A DNA stretch of 61,257 nt from Lama guanicoe (lineage: Eukaryota): NCBI GenBank assembly GCA_013239625.1, contig MU053933.1, positions 3,525,817 to 3,587,073 on the forward strand, written 5' to 3'. Each line of letters starts with the position of its first letter. Within the stretch, counting starts at the first letter, position 1. A model generated the notes under the pieces. It was not told the DNA's origin and searched no databases. It worked only from the letters and a program-made list of their open reading frames with translations. Of this stretch, positions 11,690 through 24,272 are shown piece by piece. The position numbers were made by a program, and so were the translations under genes.

Positions 11690-14600
11690 TGTGGTGAAAT
11701 ACATCTTAATCAACTTGAAATGTATACTCAGTGATATTAAGTAAACTTATAATATTGTGTGACTGTCTGTCTGCATAGCTGTTTTCATCTTGTAAAACTG
11801 CAACTGCCCGTGTGACTGAGCAGTAGCCCCCCTGCCCCCGGTGCCCACCAGTCTTCTCTCTGTTCCTCTGTGAGTTCTGAGATGCTCTAGGAATCTTACA
11901 CAAGTGGAGTCACACAGCGTTTGTCTTTTCACTCTGCCTTATTTCACTCATTATGTTATCACCAAGGTTTATCCATGTCGTAGCATGTGTCAGAATTTTC
12001 TTCCTTTTTAAGGCCGAGTAATACTCCACTGTGTGTATACACCGCATTTTGCTTATCCATCATCTGCTGGTGGACACTGGGCTGCTTCCCCACGCTACCC
12101 GTTGTGAGTCATGCTGCTGTAGACATGGGTGTGCAGATCCCTCTTAGAGACCGTGTCACCTGTCAGGTGTATGCCCAGAAGCAGAGCTGCTGGATCACAT
12201 GGTGGTTCCATTTTTCACTTTCTGAGGACCTGCCATAGTGTTTCCCACTGTGGCTGCACTGCTTTCGTTCTCATCAGAAGTGCGGAAGGGTTCCAAGTTC
12301 TCCACAGCCTCGCTAGTATTTGTTATGTTCTGTTTTTCTGCTGGTAGCCATCCTAATTGTAGTTTTGAATATGCAGTTCTCAAATGATTAGTGATATTGA
12401 GGATCTTTTCATGTGCTTATTGGCCATTTGTGTATGTTCTTTAGAGAGATGTCTATTCAGGTCCTTTGGCAATTTTTGAATCAGGGTGTTTGGTTCTTTT
12501 AATTCTTCTAGGAGTTCTCTCTGTAGTTTTGGATAAATGAATCCCTTATTGTGGTGTCTGATTTGCAAACATTTTTTCTCATTTTGTGGGTTGCATTTTT
12601 ACTCTGGTAATAGTATCTTTTGATGCACAAACTTAAAAAATGTCATGAAGTCTAATACTTTGTTTCCAATACCTTTGGCGTCATATCCACGAAATCATTG
12701 CCAAATCCAATGATGTGAAACTTTTGCCATGTTTTCTCCTCAAGAGTTTTATAGTTTTGGGTCTTACATTTAAGTCTGATCTTTTTCGGTTTAATTTTTG
12801 TATGTGGTGTTAGGGAAGGGTCCAACTCATTCTTCCGCGTGTGGATAATCCAGTACTCCCAGTGTCATTTGTGAAAACAGTCCTTTCCCCACTGAATGGT
12901 CTTGGCACCATTGTCAAAAACCCTGTTCCAGTACACGCTGAGGTTTATCCCTGGACTTCCTGTTCTGTCCCCTGTGTCTGTTTTTATGCCAGTGTGACAC
13001 TGTTTTGATTACTGTAGCTTTGTCAGAAGGTTTGAAGCCAGGAAGTGTAAGTCCTTCAGCTTTGTTCTTCTCTTCCAAGGTGGTTTTGGCTGTTTGGGGT
13101 CCTTTAAAATCCCATATGAATTTCAGGATGGGTTTTTCTATCTCTGCAGAAATGTCTGGAATTTTGATAGAGATCGCGTTGAATCTGTAGATCGCTTTGG
13201 GTAATATTGACATCTTAACGGTACTGTCTTCCAGAGCATAACCATGAGATGTGTCTCCATTTATTTGTGTCTTCCTTGATTTCTTTTGGCAATGTCTGTT
13301 CTTTTAGTGTACGAGTCTTTCACTTGCTTGGTGAATTGTTTGTTAATTTTTGTTGTTGTTTTTGCTATTGTAAATGGAACTGTTTTCTTCATTTTCTTTT
13401 CAGATTGTCCTTGTGCAGAAACGCCGCTGATTTTTATGTGCTGGCTTTGCATCCTGTGATTTTGCTGAGTTGATTTATTAGTTTTAATACTTTGTGGACC
13501 CGTTAGGGTTTTCTACATGTAGGATCATGTCATTTGTGAACACGGATCACTTTACGTCTCCCTGCCGGCGTGGATGCCCTTTCTTTCTTTCTCTTGCCTA
13601 ATTGCTCTGGCTAGAATTTCGAGTGCTGTGTTTAAGAGAAGTGGGCACTCCTTCCTTGTTCCTGATCTTAGGGGAAAAGTCTCCAGCCTTTCCTCAGGTG
13701 TGATGTTCCCTGAGGGTGTCTCGTGTGGCTCTTGTATGTTAAAGTAGTTTCCCTCTACTAGTGTGTTGACTTGCGTGTTTTGTTTGTTTGTTTTAATCAT
13801 GAAAGGGTATTGGGTTTTGCTTTTCAAATGCTTTTACTGCATCAACTGAGAAGATCGTGTGGCTTTTTTCTCTTCGTTTTGTTGATGTGGTGTGTTACAT
13901 CGACCGAGTTTCCCATGTTGAATTTCAGGAATAAACACCACTTGATTACGGTGTATAATTCCTTTAGTATAGTGTTGAATTTGATTTGTTATTATTTTGT
14001 TGAGGAGTTTTGCACAAATGTTTATAAGGGATACTGGTTTGCAGTTTTCATTTCTTGCAGTGTCTTTGGCTTTAGCTATCAGGGTCTTGCAGGCCCCACA
14101 CAATAGGTTAGGGGCATTTCCTCTGCTTCTGTCCTGTGAAAGAGACCCTAAAGAATTGGTGTAACTTCTTCCTTAAATGTTTGGTAGAATTCACCAGTGA
14201 AGTTGTCAGGTCCAGAACTTTGTCTTGTTGGGAGATTTTAAATTACTGATTCAGTCTCCTTTTTTGTCTCTTGTAACTTTTCTTGGTTTAAATTTATTTT
14301 GTCTGATATTAAAATAGCTACCCTGCTCTCTTTTGGTTATTATTTGCATGGAACACCTTTTTCTGTCCTTCTATTTTCAACCTATTTGTGTCTTTGAGTC
14401 TAAAGTGAGCTTCTGTAGGCGGCATATAGTTGGATCATGCGTTTTTATCCGCACTGCCAATCTCTGTCTTTGGAGAGCTTAACCCTTTTACATTTAAAGT
14501 CATTGCTGATAAAGAGCCCTGTACTCTTGTCACTTTGCTATTTGTTTTCTTTATGCCTTGTAGCGTTTTTGGTCCCTCATTTCCTGCATTACCGTCTTCT

Positions 14601-16687
14601 CTTGTGTTTAACTGATTTTTTTTTAATAGTGAAATGTTTAAATTCCCTTCTCGTTTCTCTTTTACAAAACCTAATGCTTATTATGCCTGTATGCCTCAAA
14701 GCATAAACTAATAATTCTTTTAAATTCATTAATCTCTTTATGTAGAAATCATGTGGAGTCACAAAATCAAATTACAACACTACCTTTCAGACTAATAACT
14801 TAGAAAATATTTTTAAAAGATAAAAAAAAATCTTTTAATTCATGATGAAAACAAAATGTGCAGTTGCAAGCCATTGTTACAATGACGTTAGCTTTTGTAA
14901 TTGCCCACGCGTTTTCCTTTACTGAGATCTTTGTTTCTCCACGCAGCTTGCATTGCTTTCTAGGGTTCCTTCAGTTCCCCTGAGGACTCTCTTGAACCTT
15001 GCTCACAGAGCAGGTCTTAGTGGTAACAAACTGCCTCACTTTTGTTTCTCTGGGAATGTTTTAATTTCTGCCCTACTCTTGCAGGACAGTTTTGCTGTGT
15101 TTAGGATTCTTAGTTGGCAGTGCGTTTCCTTTTAGCACTTTGAATACACTGATGCACTGTTCTCTGGCCTCCACAAGTTTCTGGCGGAGAAATCTGTTGA
15201 TCTTACTGAGGTTCTTTTGCATGTGGCAAGTCAGTTTTCAACATTCTCTCTTTATCTTTGGCTTGTTTGTAAGTTTGATTACGATGTGTCTTGGCAGTGG
15301 CCTCTCAGTTCATCTTTCTTCGAGTTTGTGGAGTTTCCTGGATATTTATGTTCATATCTTTCATCACATTTGGAAAGTTTTCGTTCACTGTATCGTCGTA
15401 TTTTCTCTTTGCCTCTTTCTCTCTTCCTTCTCCTTCTGGGACTCCCATTATGCATGTGTTGGTTTGTTTGGTGCTGTCTCACAGGTCCCATAGGCTCCAT
15501 TTACTTCTCCCAATCTTTTTTTTTCTTTTCCTTAGATTTGATAATTTCCTTTGTTCTCAAGTTCATTAATTCTTTCTTCTGCCTTCTGAGATCTGTCTTT
15601 GAGTCCCTTTAGTGAATTTTTAATATCAGCTGTTGTACTTTTCTGCCAGAATTTCTTTTTGATTTCTTTTTTCCTTTTTTATTGATATTTTAATTTTGTT
15701 CATACATTATTTTTTGACTTTCTCCACATTTTCCTTCATTCTTTATGTGTCCTTGAATGGCTTTTTTTGAAGTCTTTGTCTGGTAGATCCATCATCAGGT
15801 CTTTTTCAGGGATAATTTTTGTTAATTCATTTTCCTCTGGTTGGGCCGTACTTTCCTGTTCCATTGTTTGCTTGTGACTTTTGTTGTTGCTGTTGAACAT
15901 GGAACCTTTTTAACGTAATAATGTGGTGAATCTGGAGATCAAACTGTCTTTCTCAGTGTTTGCTATTTTTTGTTATTGTGTTTGAGAGTTGGTTTTTTTT
16001 GTTTGTTTGTTTGTTTTGGCTTTTGTTTTGGGGCTTTTTGTTTAGTTTTGTTTTGTTTTTTAGGTGGTTGTCTCTGAGTGAAGGATCAGCCTGGGGTGTA
16101 AAGTTTAGTTCTCAGGGCTCTTCTCAGCCTGTGCCTTTTCCCTAGGCACACACGGGCACTTCAGAACTTCCCTTATATATGCAGTTGTTTTTGAATGTCC
16201 TAGTTTTAAGTTTTTCCCCAAAAAGATAAAAGAGGAAAATGCAATGGTAGGGAAAAAGAGCACTTGCCCTTCGATTCCCCTGGAGGTCACTTCAGCCAGA
16301 GGGGCAGGGGCTGCAACAAAGAGGGGGACAGGTGCAACAGCCATGGCCTCCTGCCTCTTTGTCTGCACCCCTGTGACCAAAAGCAGCAGTCAGAGCACAG
16401 ATTCCCAGTTTTTGGAGGACATGGTCCTTTTTGCCCACCCTAGGCCCTGCAGGTACTCCAGGGACACAGGCATCGTTCCTGCTGGGCCCTTCGATGGAGG
16501 GGTAGGTAGCTGTTTCCCTGCCAAGAGCTGAGAGCAGCTTACCTCCAAGTCTTCCCCTTGGGGGTTGCAAGTCTTTGACAGACCCCAGACTGGCAGGATG
16601 GTTGTATCGGACAGTTCTGCCTGTGCGGGTTGTCCAGGTGGGGAGAGGGATTCCTGGTGCTTCCTGCTCTGCCATCTCTCTAGGATC
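11690..16687 (-). mobile_element. Nearly full-length ancient L1 (L1MB/L1M4-like), antisense, disrupted
   Basis: 3' end ~11690-12300; ORF2 peptides [17 protein letters not shown] (12914-13213), FPLRSGTRKECPL (13552-13827), KPVSLINICAKLLNKII (13834-14103); endonuclease-like 14260-14600; ORF1-like ~14950-15900; 5'UTR-like to ~16687. Confidence 0.88.
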
Positions 16688-16741
16688 CTGGCTCAGCATC
16701 TGAGCAGGGTGTCAGGGGCAGGCTGGGCAGGGGTTCAGGGG
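16688..16741 (-). repeat. Inverted copy of PCNT exon segment 17424-17479
   Basis: 16696-16733 is the exact reverse complement of 17432-17469 (38 nt); extends to 54 nt with 2 mismatches and a 2-nt gap. Confidence 0.95.
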
Positions 16742-16927
16742 AATTAAAACAAAACAGAAACAAAACTGGAAATTGTAGGAGTCTAGAGGGACCCGAGGGC
16801 TCATCATGGACTCTCATCCTTACTTGCTCAGACCCTGAAATTGGCTCATAAGTGACAGACAGACAGACAGACATGGCAGAGTGCAATTTCGTTACTCCGC
16901 TGTGTGTGTGTCCTTTTTTACCTGCAG

Positions 16928-17659
16928 GATAAAGGCGAACTACTGGAAGGTTGTCAGCTTCGGAAAGCTGATCTCATAGCCCAGGCGAGACAACTTCAGG
17001 AGAAGCTGAGCCGTCTGGTGCATTCCATGAGCTTCCCGGACGTCGACGTCGAGACGAAGGGCTTTACATCTCAGTGGGCACTGGCGTCTTCACATGTTCT
17101 AGAAAATAGTTTGAGTGATGGTTCTAGTAACAGTGAAGAAACTGACAGCTCACCTCCCGTCGATGCGTTTAGTGTCGATGCAACCACCTGGGATCTAATT
17201 GACGCGGCTGGAAGTCAGGGTTCGTGGCTGAGAAGCGGGATGCTGGATGTGCCCACGGCAGAGCAGGTTGCTGCACAGGAAGGGTCGCTCTGCTCCCAGG
17301 TGGGCTCGCTCAGGTGCCTCCCAGACCCCGCCCACGCCGAGGGGCCCGAGCCCTTGAAGCTCGGGCTCAGGACAATGGACCTGGCCTCCTGGAGCTCCCC
17401 TGAGGTCGCCAGGAAGGACTCCACCCTTGAGCCCCTGCCCAGCCTGCCCCTGACACCCTGCTCAGATGCCCTGAGCCAGCGTAGCCTGGACACCTCCCTG
17501 TGGGATGGGGCGGGCACCTCACTGCTCCAGGCCGACCAGTCAGGGCTGCTTTGTTACCCGGGCGAGTCCACAGCGGGAACGGCCCCTAGGTGGGCGGAGT
17601 CTCCACTGGCTGCAGACAGGACTCCCTCTACTGACCGCCATGCTCAGCGAGGGGCTGTG
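16928..17659 (+). CDS. PCNT: Large pericentrin exon (732 nt; approx. human exon 30) with separase-type ExxR motif SWSSPEVAR
   Basis: Acceptor cctttttta-cctgcag|GAT; DKGELLEGCQLRKADLIAQARQLQEKL...DLASWSSPEVARKDSTLEPLPSLPLTP...AQRGAV; donor GTG|GTAAGT; phase 0-0. Confidence 0.94.
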
Positions 17660-18534
17660 GTAAGTGGTCTCCTGGGTGCTGTCCTGGTTCGGGTCCAGGG
17701 GATGCCCAAGGCCCCAGCATGTTCCCGCGGGGCTGGCCGGCGGGGTCACAGCTGCAGCCATTGTTGGTTCACCTCCTGATGGGGCCTGGTGGCCAGGCCT
17801 GGGTGGGCATCTGGCAGTCCCTTGGTCAGCAGGTGTGGGATGGTCAGCATCCTGCAGGATGAACCCAAACCGACTGTGATAGGAACATAGAGCACTTCAG
17901 TTGTTCTCAAAAACACTTGAAATGCATTAGCCTTACTCGGAAATGCACAGCAGACCCACATTTCCTGACTCATGGGAAGTATAATCATAAACACATCTTC
18001 ACGTGTGTTCTGCGTAGGGTTCTTGGGCTAGAACATGTCTTTTTAGATTTATTTTCAGTTGCAGTTCATGTTTAGTGAGTTCAACATATAGTCTAATTAA
18101 CTTCAGGAACACTTCCATTTTTTTTTTTTGGGCTAGATTATATTTTCTCTGACATAATTTTGACACTTTGTGTATCTTGGATTAGATAAAGTGGCAGGTA
18201 AATTATGGGGTTTGTGTAATTTAAGGGGTCCACATACTACCATTCATTCCCACATGCTTCCTTCTTTTGTCTGTGTGCTCCTGCAGCAGGCACGACTTTA
18301 AAATATGAAATATTTGCCAGTGACTTCTTTAACATATTCCTAGAGAAATGTGGATGACTTTGACTAAATTATGAGCGTTTAACCTCATGTCCACCAGCTT
18401 TGAACACTTTTTGGGTTTGGGTTCTGTGTGGGAAGATGACAGCCTCAGAACTTAGTTTCCATCTGGCAAGTTGAACTCTGTGACATAATAAGTTATTATT
18501 TTATGACCATTTACAAATCTCCCTATTTGAACAG

Positions 18535-18631
18535 GAGAAAGATGTTGAAGATTTTATCGTAACATCTCTTGATTTTCAAGAAAAGTCAAGATCACCTCCT
18601 TTGGGGTTAGAAGGAGAAAGCGCTGACAAAA
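18535..18631 (+). CDS. PCNT: Pericentrin coding exon (97 nt)
   Basis: Acceptor ccctatttgaacag|GAG; EKDVEDFIVTSLDFQEKSRSPPLGLEGESADK; donor A|GTGAGT; phase 0-1, matches next exon. Confidence 0.88.
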
Positions 18632-19398
18632 GTGAGTCAGTCACAGTTTACTTACGCAGCTGTGGCGTGTAGACCAGGGCGAGCGTCCTGCCCCACCGAC
18701 CGTGGTAGCCTGGCATGCCTGCCTGCGCCTGCTCCCCCCTGCCTCTCCCCCCACGTCTGTCTGCCTCTGGGTCTGTGCACTGAGCGTCACTTGACGTGTT
18801 ATCATTCCCCTCCTGGGAGGGTCACCGTGTGTGTCGTGACGTCCGGTCCACAGGTCTCACTGAGTTTCTGCCCACTGCCCCGTCAGTGCCTGTTATAGAG
18901 ATGAGCACCAGATGGCACCAAGTGTCCAGGTGTCCCTTGTGGGGTGGACACTGGTGAGGGCAGGCCAGGTGCCTGGCGGGGCGCTTGGGCCGGGGCCCCG
19001 TGCGGCGTGGACCCCACAAGCGGTGGCCCTTCTGTTTGCAGCAGACGGGTTGGTGTGCGTGTGTCTCATGGGGCCCCCTGGCCACCGTGGCGGTGCTGGC
19101 TCCCAGGGTGTCAGCCTGGACCCTGCGTCTGTGTGAAAATGAGCCGAGTTCCCTGAAGGTTTATGTTCAGATTGTGGATGTTCACGTATCAAACGTGCAG
19201 ATTGCATGTTTTCTTACTTAACGTGTGTAGTTCTCATCTTACGTTTTTGTGAAGTACTCTCACCGTCTTGGGGCTCCTTGGATGTCTTCTCTGGTGAGAG
19301 GAGCCCCCGTGGCTCTCCTGGGCGTTTGGGGGCCCGGCCTCACCCCAAGCAGCCCCCCAGAGCTGCGATCCTCTCCCCTGCCTTTACTGTGCCTCTAG

Positions 19399-19547
19399 GT
19401 GCTGGCTCGGGGTCTGGAGAGATGCTAGCCCACGGCTCGGGAAGACTGGGAGCTCCCACTGCTGGTCCTGCGGCCCCTCCTGCCCCCAGAGGGTTCCGAC
19501 GGCCACTGGTCACCGTGAAGAAGGAGGTCCATCCAAAGCAAGTGAAG
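19399..19547 (+). CDS. PCNT: Pericentrin coding exon (149 nt)
   Basis: Acceptor cctttactgtgcctctag|GT; ...GSGSGEMLAHGSG...VKKEVHPKQVK; donor AAG|GTACCG; phase 1-0. Confidence 0.87.
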
Positions 19548-22378
19548 GTACCGGCTGAGGGGCACGGGATGGCGGTGAGGCCCCTGGCATCTGAACGCAC
19601 GGCCCTGTCCCGGGACACAGTTGTGATTTGTTTGGTTTTGAGGATTGACCTTCAGCCTTTCTGGAGATGACCCAGGGGTGCTTGTGCCAGGGCTGCCCCC
19701 CGACCCCGGGCACCCACGGAGGTGGGGAGGGGCCTTATCCGCAGACCTGGGGGCGTGGGCCAAGTCGGAGCCTGAGGCGCAGAGGAGGTGCTTCCGTCTC
19801 ATCCAGAGCCCGAGACAGGCGCGGTTTCTTCCTTGGCCTGTACGGCAGGCGGGGTGGTTCTGGTGGGCGTCTCGGCCTGGGCTCGGCTCGGTGTTCACAT
19901 TTAGTGTTGCACATGCAGAGGTTTCCGGGTGGCCCAGGTCACTCCCGAGATGTCACCCGTGTGTCCTCGACCACTGTCCTTGGGGTGGCCGGAGAGACCA
20001 GGGCCCCGGGCTCCCGTTGCCTGGAAGCCCAGACGTCAGCCTCTGCCGTCCTGCGGGGCTGCTGGCCCGCTGCGCCCTGCACACGCCCTCCGGGCTGGTT
20101 CTCTCTGGGCAAGGGAGGAGGGGCCCCCTCAGCGTCTGGGGGTTTAACGTGGAGACAGAATTGAAACTTTTCCCAGCTCGAATGCACATGTGAGAGTGGA
20201 GGGGTTTAAGGTGTGCACTGTGATGATCTGACACACGTGTCAGTTGCAGAACGGTCACAGGTCACTTAGCGCCTCTACCCCCAGAAGGCAGAGTGTTTGG
20301 GAAGCTTTTCTTAGGTTTTCTTCTCTCTCCACTACTGCATACTTTTATGGCAAAACCAGTGACGTAAGCTTGACCGATAAGGTAAATGGTAATATGCCTC
20401 TGTTGTGTCCTATCTGGGTGTCAAAGTATTCCCGAAGGAAACAGTTTTCACGTTAAGTAAAACCTTGTCTGATATTGTATTCAAAACATGAAACTGTTTT
20501 TATTCCTTTAAGAACTGAAATTGCAGTAATGTTTTCTAGGTTTTTTTTTTGCATTTCTCAATTTTTTATGTGACATAAAACATTAAAGACGCATTTCTGC
20601 TAGCATCTCCAACCTAACGCTAGAATTCCTAATTTTCTGGGGAAAAGGTTGAGTGCTTATGCTCAGGCCTTGATCTTTACCACCTGATGCTTAGTGACTG
20701 GAAGGGAGAACCCAGCAAAGCCCGGGCGCCCTTTCCTGAGCGGCCACGAGGGGGCGGCGGAGGGAAGCCAGGCGCTGGCACCTGGGCAGGTGGCTGGCCT
20801 CCTGTGTTCCCCACGTTCCCCAGGCTTTTGTGGACTAGGGGTTCCCTTGGTTGATTTTAAGTGTCAACCCTGTTTGTGGACTGAGGCCGCCTGCCCGCCG
20901 CCATGAGGGAAGCCGCCCGGCCAGCCAGGCAGTTCCCAGTGGGGTGCGGCCGCAGGGCCAGGTCCCGGGGGCCCTGTGTGGTCGCAGCCCTAGCCGCCCC
21001 GAAGCCGGGGACACAGGTGCAGGTCCTACACGTGTGAGGGGCCCCACGCCGGGAAGAGTGTCAGCTGGAGCAGGCGGGGCACTGGGTGACGGGCGGATCC
21101 ACGAGACTGCCCGCGGAGGCCACGGCGGTGCAGCCCCTCCACGGGACGCCGTGGTCCTGAGAGTGGAGGTGCCTCAGCCCTCTCAGCCCAGTGCTGTGTC
21201 TGTGGTCCCCGCGCCCGGCCGGCGCCGGCTGGGGGTGCGGTTCCACGCTGGTTCTCAGAGCCGCGGGGCGGGGCGGGGCGGGGCCCGTGGGCAGCTGTGC
21301 TCCTGGCTGGCGAGGGCGGAGGACCTCACTCGTCACGGCTGTTCTTTCTGGGACGCATTTCTTTTCGTGCTGCGATCCAGGAAGGGGGTTCCCATGTGGA
21401 AAGTGGCCGGTTGGCTGCAGCCAGGGCAGCGGCTGTCAGGCTGTCTCGTCGGCCTCTCTGGACGGACAGGCCTGGCAGCGGCACGGGGCGGGGGTGGGGG
21501 GTGTCCCGCTGCTTCTCCCGCCTCTCTCCTTCCCCAGGGGCTGTGACTCGCATCGTTTCATGTCACATGCCTTGTTTCTAAAGTGAAGTTGTCCTAAACT
21601 GTTAAAGATAGCTGCTCGCACAGAACACAAGATGCATAGTTTGGTGTCCAGCACTTTTATGTTAACGTCTCACTTTTCTGGTCGCACCATTAGAGGTAAA
21701 TCTCTAGTTTACTGGTCCTTGGTTGTAGGCCCCTTGGTTGCTAGTGCCATGTTCCCCACATGGCTGGCTCCCTGCCGTGCCCTTTGTGTGAATCTGTGCC
21801 TGCACGTGGAGTGAGGCCGGGTGCCAGTACTTTGAACTCTGTGTGGGTCCAGCTCCAGCTTCTTGGGGGGACAGCTCTGGGTAGAGAAGCTGCCTTCTCT
21901 CAGCCTCCTTGGGAGGGACAGATGGCCAGTGTGCCCGTCGAGGCCCTGTGGCGGGGATGGGGGCACAGGCAGGCTGGCATGGTCAGTAGCTGGCCCAGTG
22001 CTGTCTGCTGGTGCCCTCCCCCAAGGCACCTCCTGGTGTGGAGCTGTGGTCCCAGGAGAGCCAGAGAGGTGCCCGGCATCCTACTGACCTGGTCGTGCAG
22101 TTTGGCCCAAGGCCCTGAAAGTCCCTAAACTTGAGTGTCTGTGATGAGGGAGTGGGTGGGGCGGCTGAATTGTGGGGGCTGTCGTTGGAGCAGCTCACAC
22201 AGAAATGACTCGTTCAGATCCAGTTACTCGTCTCTGACGGTGGTGACCTCACAGATAGAGCAGTGGACTCTGGTGTCTGGTGCAGAAGCCGTGCTGGCGG
22301 CCTGGTGACAGTGGGGCAGTGGTGGAGAGGAGGGTCCAGGCCACTTTTCCTTATTCCTGCGGTGTTTGTCCACTCCAG

Positions 22379-22573
22379 GCCCTGCTGCAGATGGTGTGTG
22401 ATGAGAGCCACCACATCCTGGCTCTGTCCGAGTGCCGTGGACCGCCCAGCGTCCTGAGCAGGGGCGAGCCCAGCACCCCCCTCGAGCGCCTCCCACAGGG
22501 GTGCCGGGGGCTGCTGGAGGCAGCAGCGCCTCCGAGGGGGCACCCCACCCCAGCACCCCAAAAGGGAGAGAAG
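22379..22573 (+). CDS. PCNT: Pericentrin coding exon (195 nt)
   Basis: Acceptor tttgtccactccag|GCC; ALLQMVCDESHHILALSE...PQKGEK; donor AAG|GTACAG; phase 0-0. Confidence 0.85.
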
Positions 22574-23272
22574 GTACAGGCATTCTGGGTAAAAGAAGAG
22601 CAGTGGGCTGGGCCAGCTTGAGGGCTCTGCTTGGCCACAAGGTGGGAATAAGGCAACGAGAGGTGGGTCAGCGGCGGCAGCGAGGCCGTGTCCCAGCCAG
22701 CCACCCCCTCACTTGTGTTCTCTAGGCTCCAGCCACATGCCGGCGCCTTCCAGGCCTTGTTAGGGCAGGAGAGGCTGCAGGGAAGGGATGGGATGGGGAG
22801 ATGGGCATGCAGGCCGGGCCTGAGGCCACAGGGTCTCAGTGTCCACGCTGCAGCCGAGGGCCAGCACAGAGGTCATGGCCAGGTACTGAAGCCATGCAAG
22901 GGGAGCCAACAGGCCATGGGGCAGAGGGAACAGTGGGCCAGACCCCAAGGCCAGCCTTCAATCTTCAGGGGCGAGGAGTGGGCAGCACAGACTCGGTGCA
23001 GAGGGCAAAGGGCAGCCAGCCCGCTCACGGCCCGCACGGCACACACACCTGCAAACGCCCTGCTGCCACCCGGGGCCCTGGCCTCTCCTGGACCGGGGCT
23101 GGTGCGCAGTTAGGTGGGGGTTGCCCCGTCTCACCTCCCTCGAGGGCAGCCCTGGCTCCTCGTGCCCCAGCTGGTCCTGGGCACTTGTGCACCCTCTTCA
23201 GTCGGGGTAGGTTCTGTCAGATCTGCAGGATGCGTATGTAGGAACACCGAGCTCCTTGTTCTGATACTTTAG

Positions 23273-23446
23273 GAACCTTCTGACCTGGGCCTCGATTGGA
23301 AGGGAGAATTTCTGCAGGTTGTCCAGGAAGCCTTTGAAAAAGAGCGAGAGATGCTGAACGTTGAGCTGCGGCCCCGACTCTGTGGTTCGGATGTTGGGGG
23401 CTGCAGCACGCTGTTGGAGAGGCTGGAGAAGGTGGTCCAGGAGCAG
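23273..23446 (+). CDS. PCNT: Pericentrin coding exon (174 nt)
   Basis: Acceptor ttctgatactttag|GAA; EPSDLGLDWKGEFLQVVQEAFEKERE...LERLEKVVQEQ; donor CAG|GTGAGC; phase 0-0. Confidence 0.92.
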
Positions 23447-24076
23447 GTGAGCTAGCCTCGACCTCCAGAACCCCCCACCCCTAACAGAGGGCGATGGGAG
23501 CTTCGGTTCCCATGTTTCACCTGACCTTAGAATGTGGTGGAGATTGAGGGGCAGACCCTGCTTCAGTCTAAGGATAATGCTGTGTTTTTATGTGTGAATT
23601 CCGTGAAGTGGAAAGCTTTATAGATTGACCCTCTTTCACAGCCTCACTCTGTTCTGGAAATAACTGGCCTTTCCTTGAAAGCAAAAGGCCAATTCCAGGC
23701 GGCCCAGCCCTGGCTTGTGAGCGCTGAGCCTGGGGTCTGAGGGTTGGAGGGTCTGCACTGAGAGGGCACTGGAGTCCAGATGCCAGGCATTGACCAGGCC
23801 CAGGAAGCGAGACCAAGGTCCTGGGGGCAATCTGAGGGTCCCAGGGCCACTGTGCCCACGTTCCGTGCCACACAGTTGTCACACTTGTCTTCCTGCGAGC
23901 CTGCTCTTGCCCTGGTCGAGGACTAGACTGAGACCCGTGAGCTGTGGCAGTGATGCTGGGAGCTTGAGTTTGCAGAGCAGGGGCTGCTCTTGCCTGGCCC
24001 CCCAGCCCTTGGGACCTCCTTCTCCTGCCATGTCTGTGATGTCCCCTGACCGCTCCCCTCCCCGCCCCATCTGCAG

Positions 24077-24272
24077 GGGGTGCTGCGGGAGAAGTCCTTG
24101 GAGCACCTTCGCCTGTCGGACAGGAGCCGCCTGCTGTCAGAGATCCAGGCTCTGCGCGCCCAGCTGCGGATGACGCACCTGCAGAACCAAGAGAAGCTGC
24201 AGCAGCTGTGTGCGGCGCTGACCAACACGGAGGCCCGCGGGAGCCGGCGGGAGCACCAGCTGCGGAGGCAGG
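24077..24272 (+). CDS. PCNT: Pericentrin coding exon (196 nt)
   Basis: Acceptor ccccatctgcag|GGG; LREKSLEHLRLSDRSRLLSEIQALRAQLRMTHLQNQEKLQQL...QLRRQ; donor G|GTGCGC; phase 0-1. Confidence 0.93.

Noticed and set aside
12914..14103. Reverse-transcriptase-like ORFs suggesting an active or domesticated element
   Set aside because: Short, frameshifted fragments of a dead L1 ORF2
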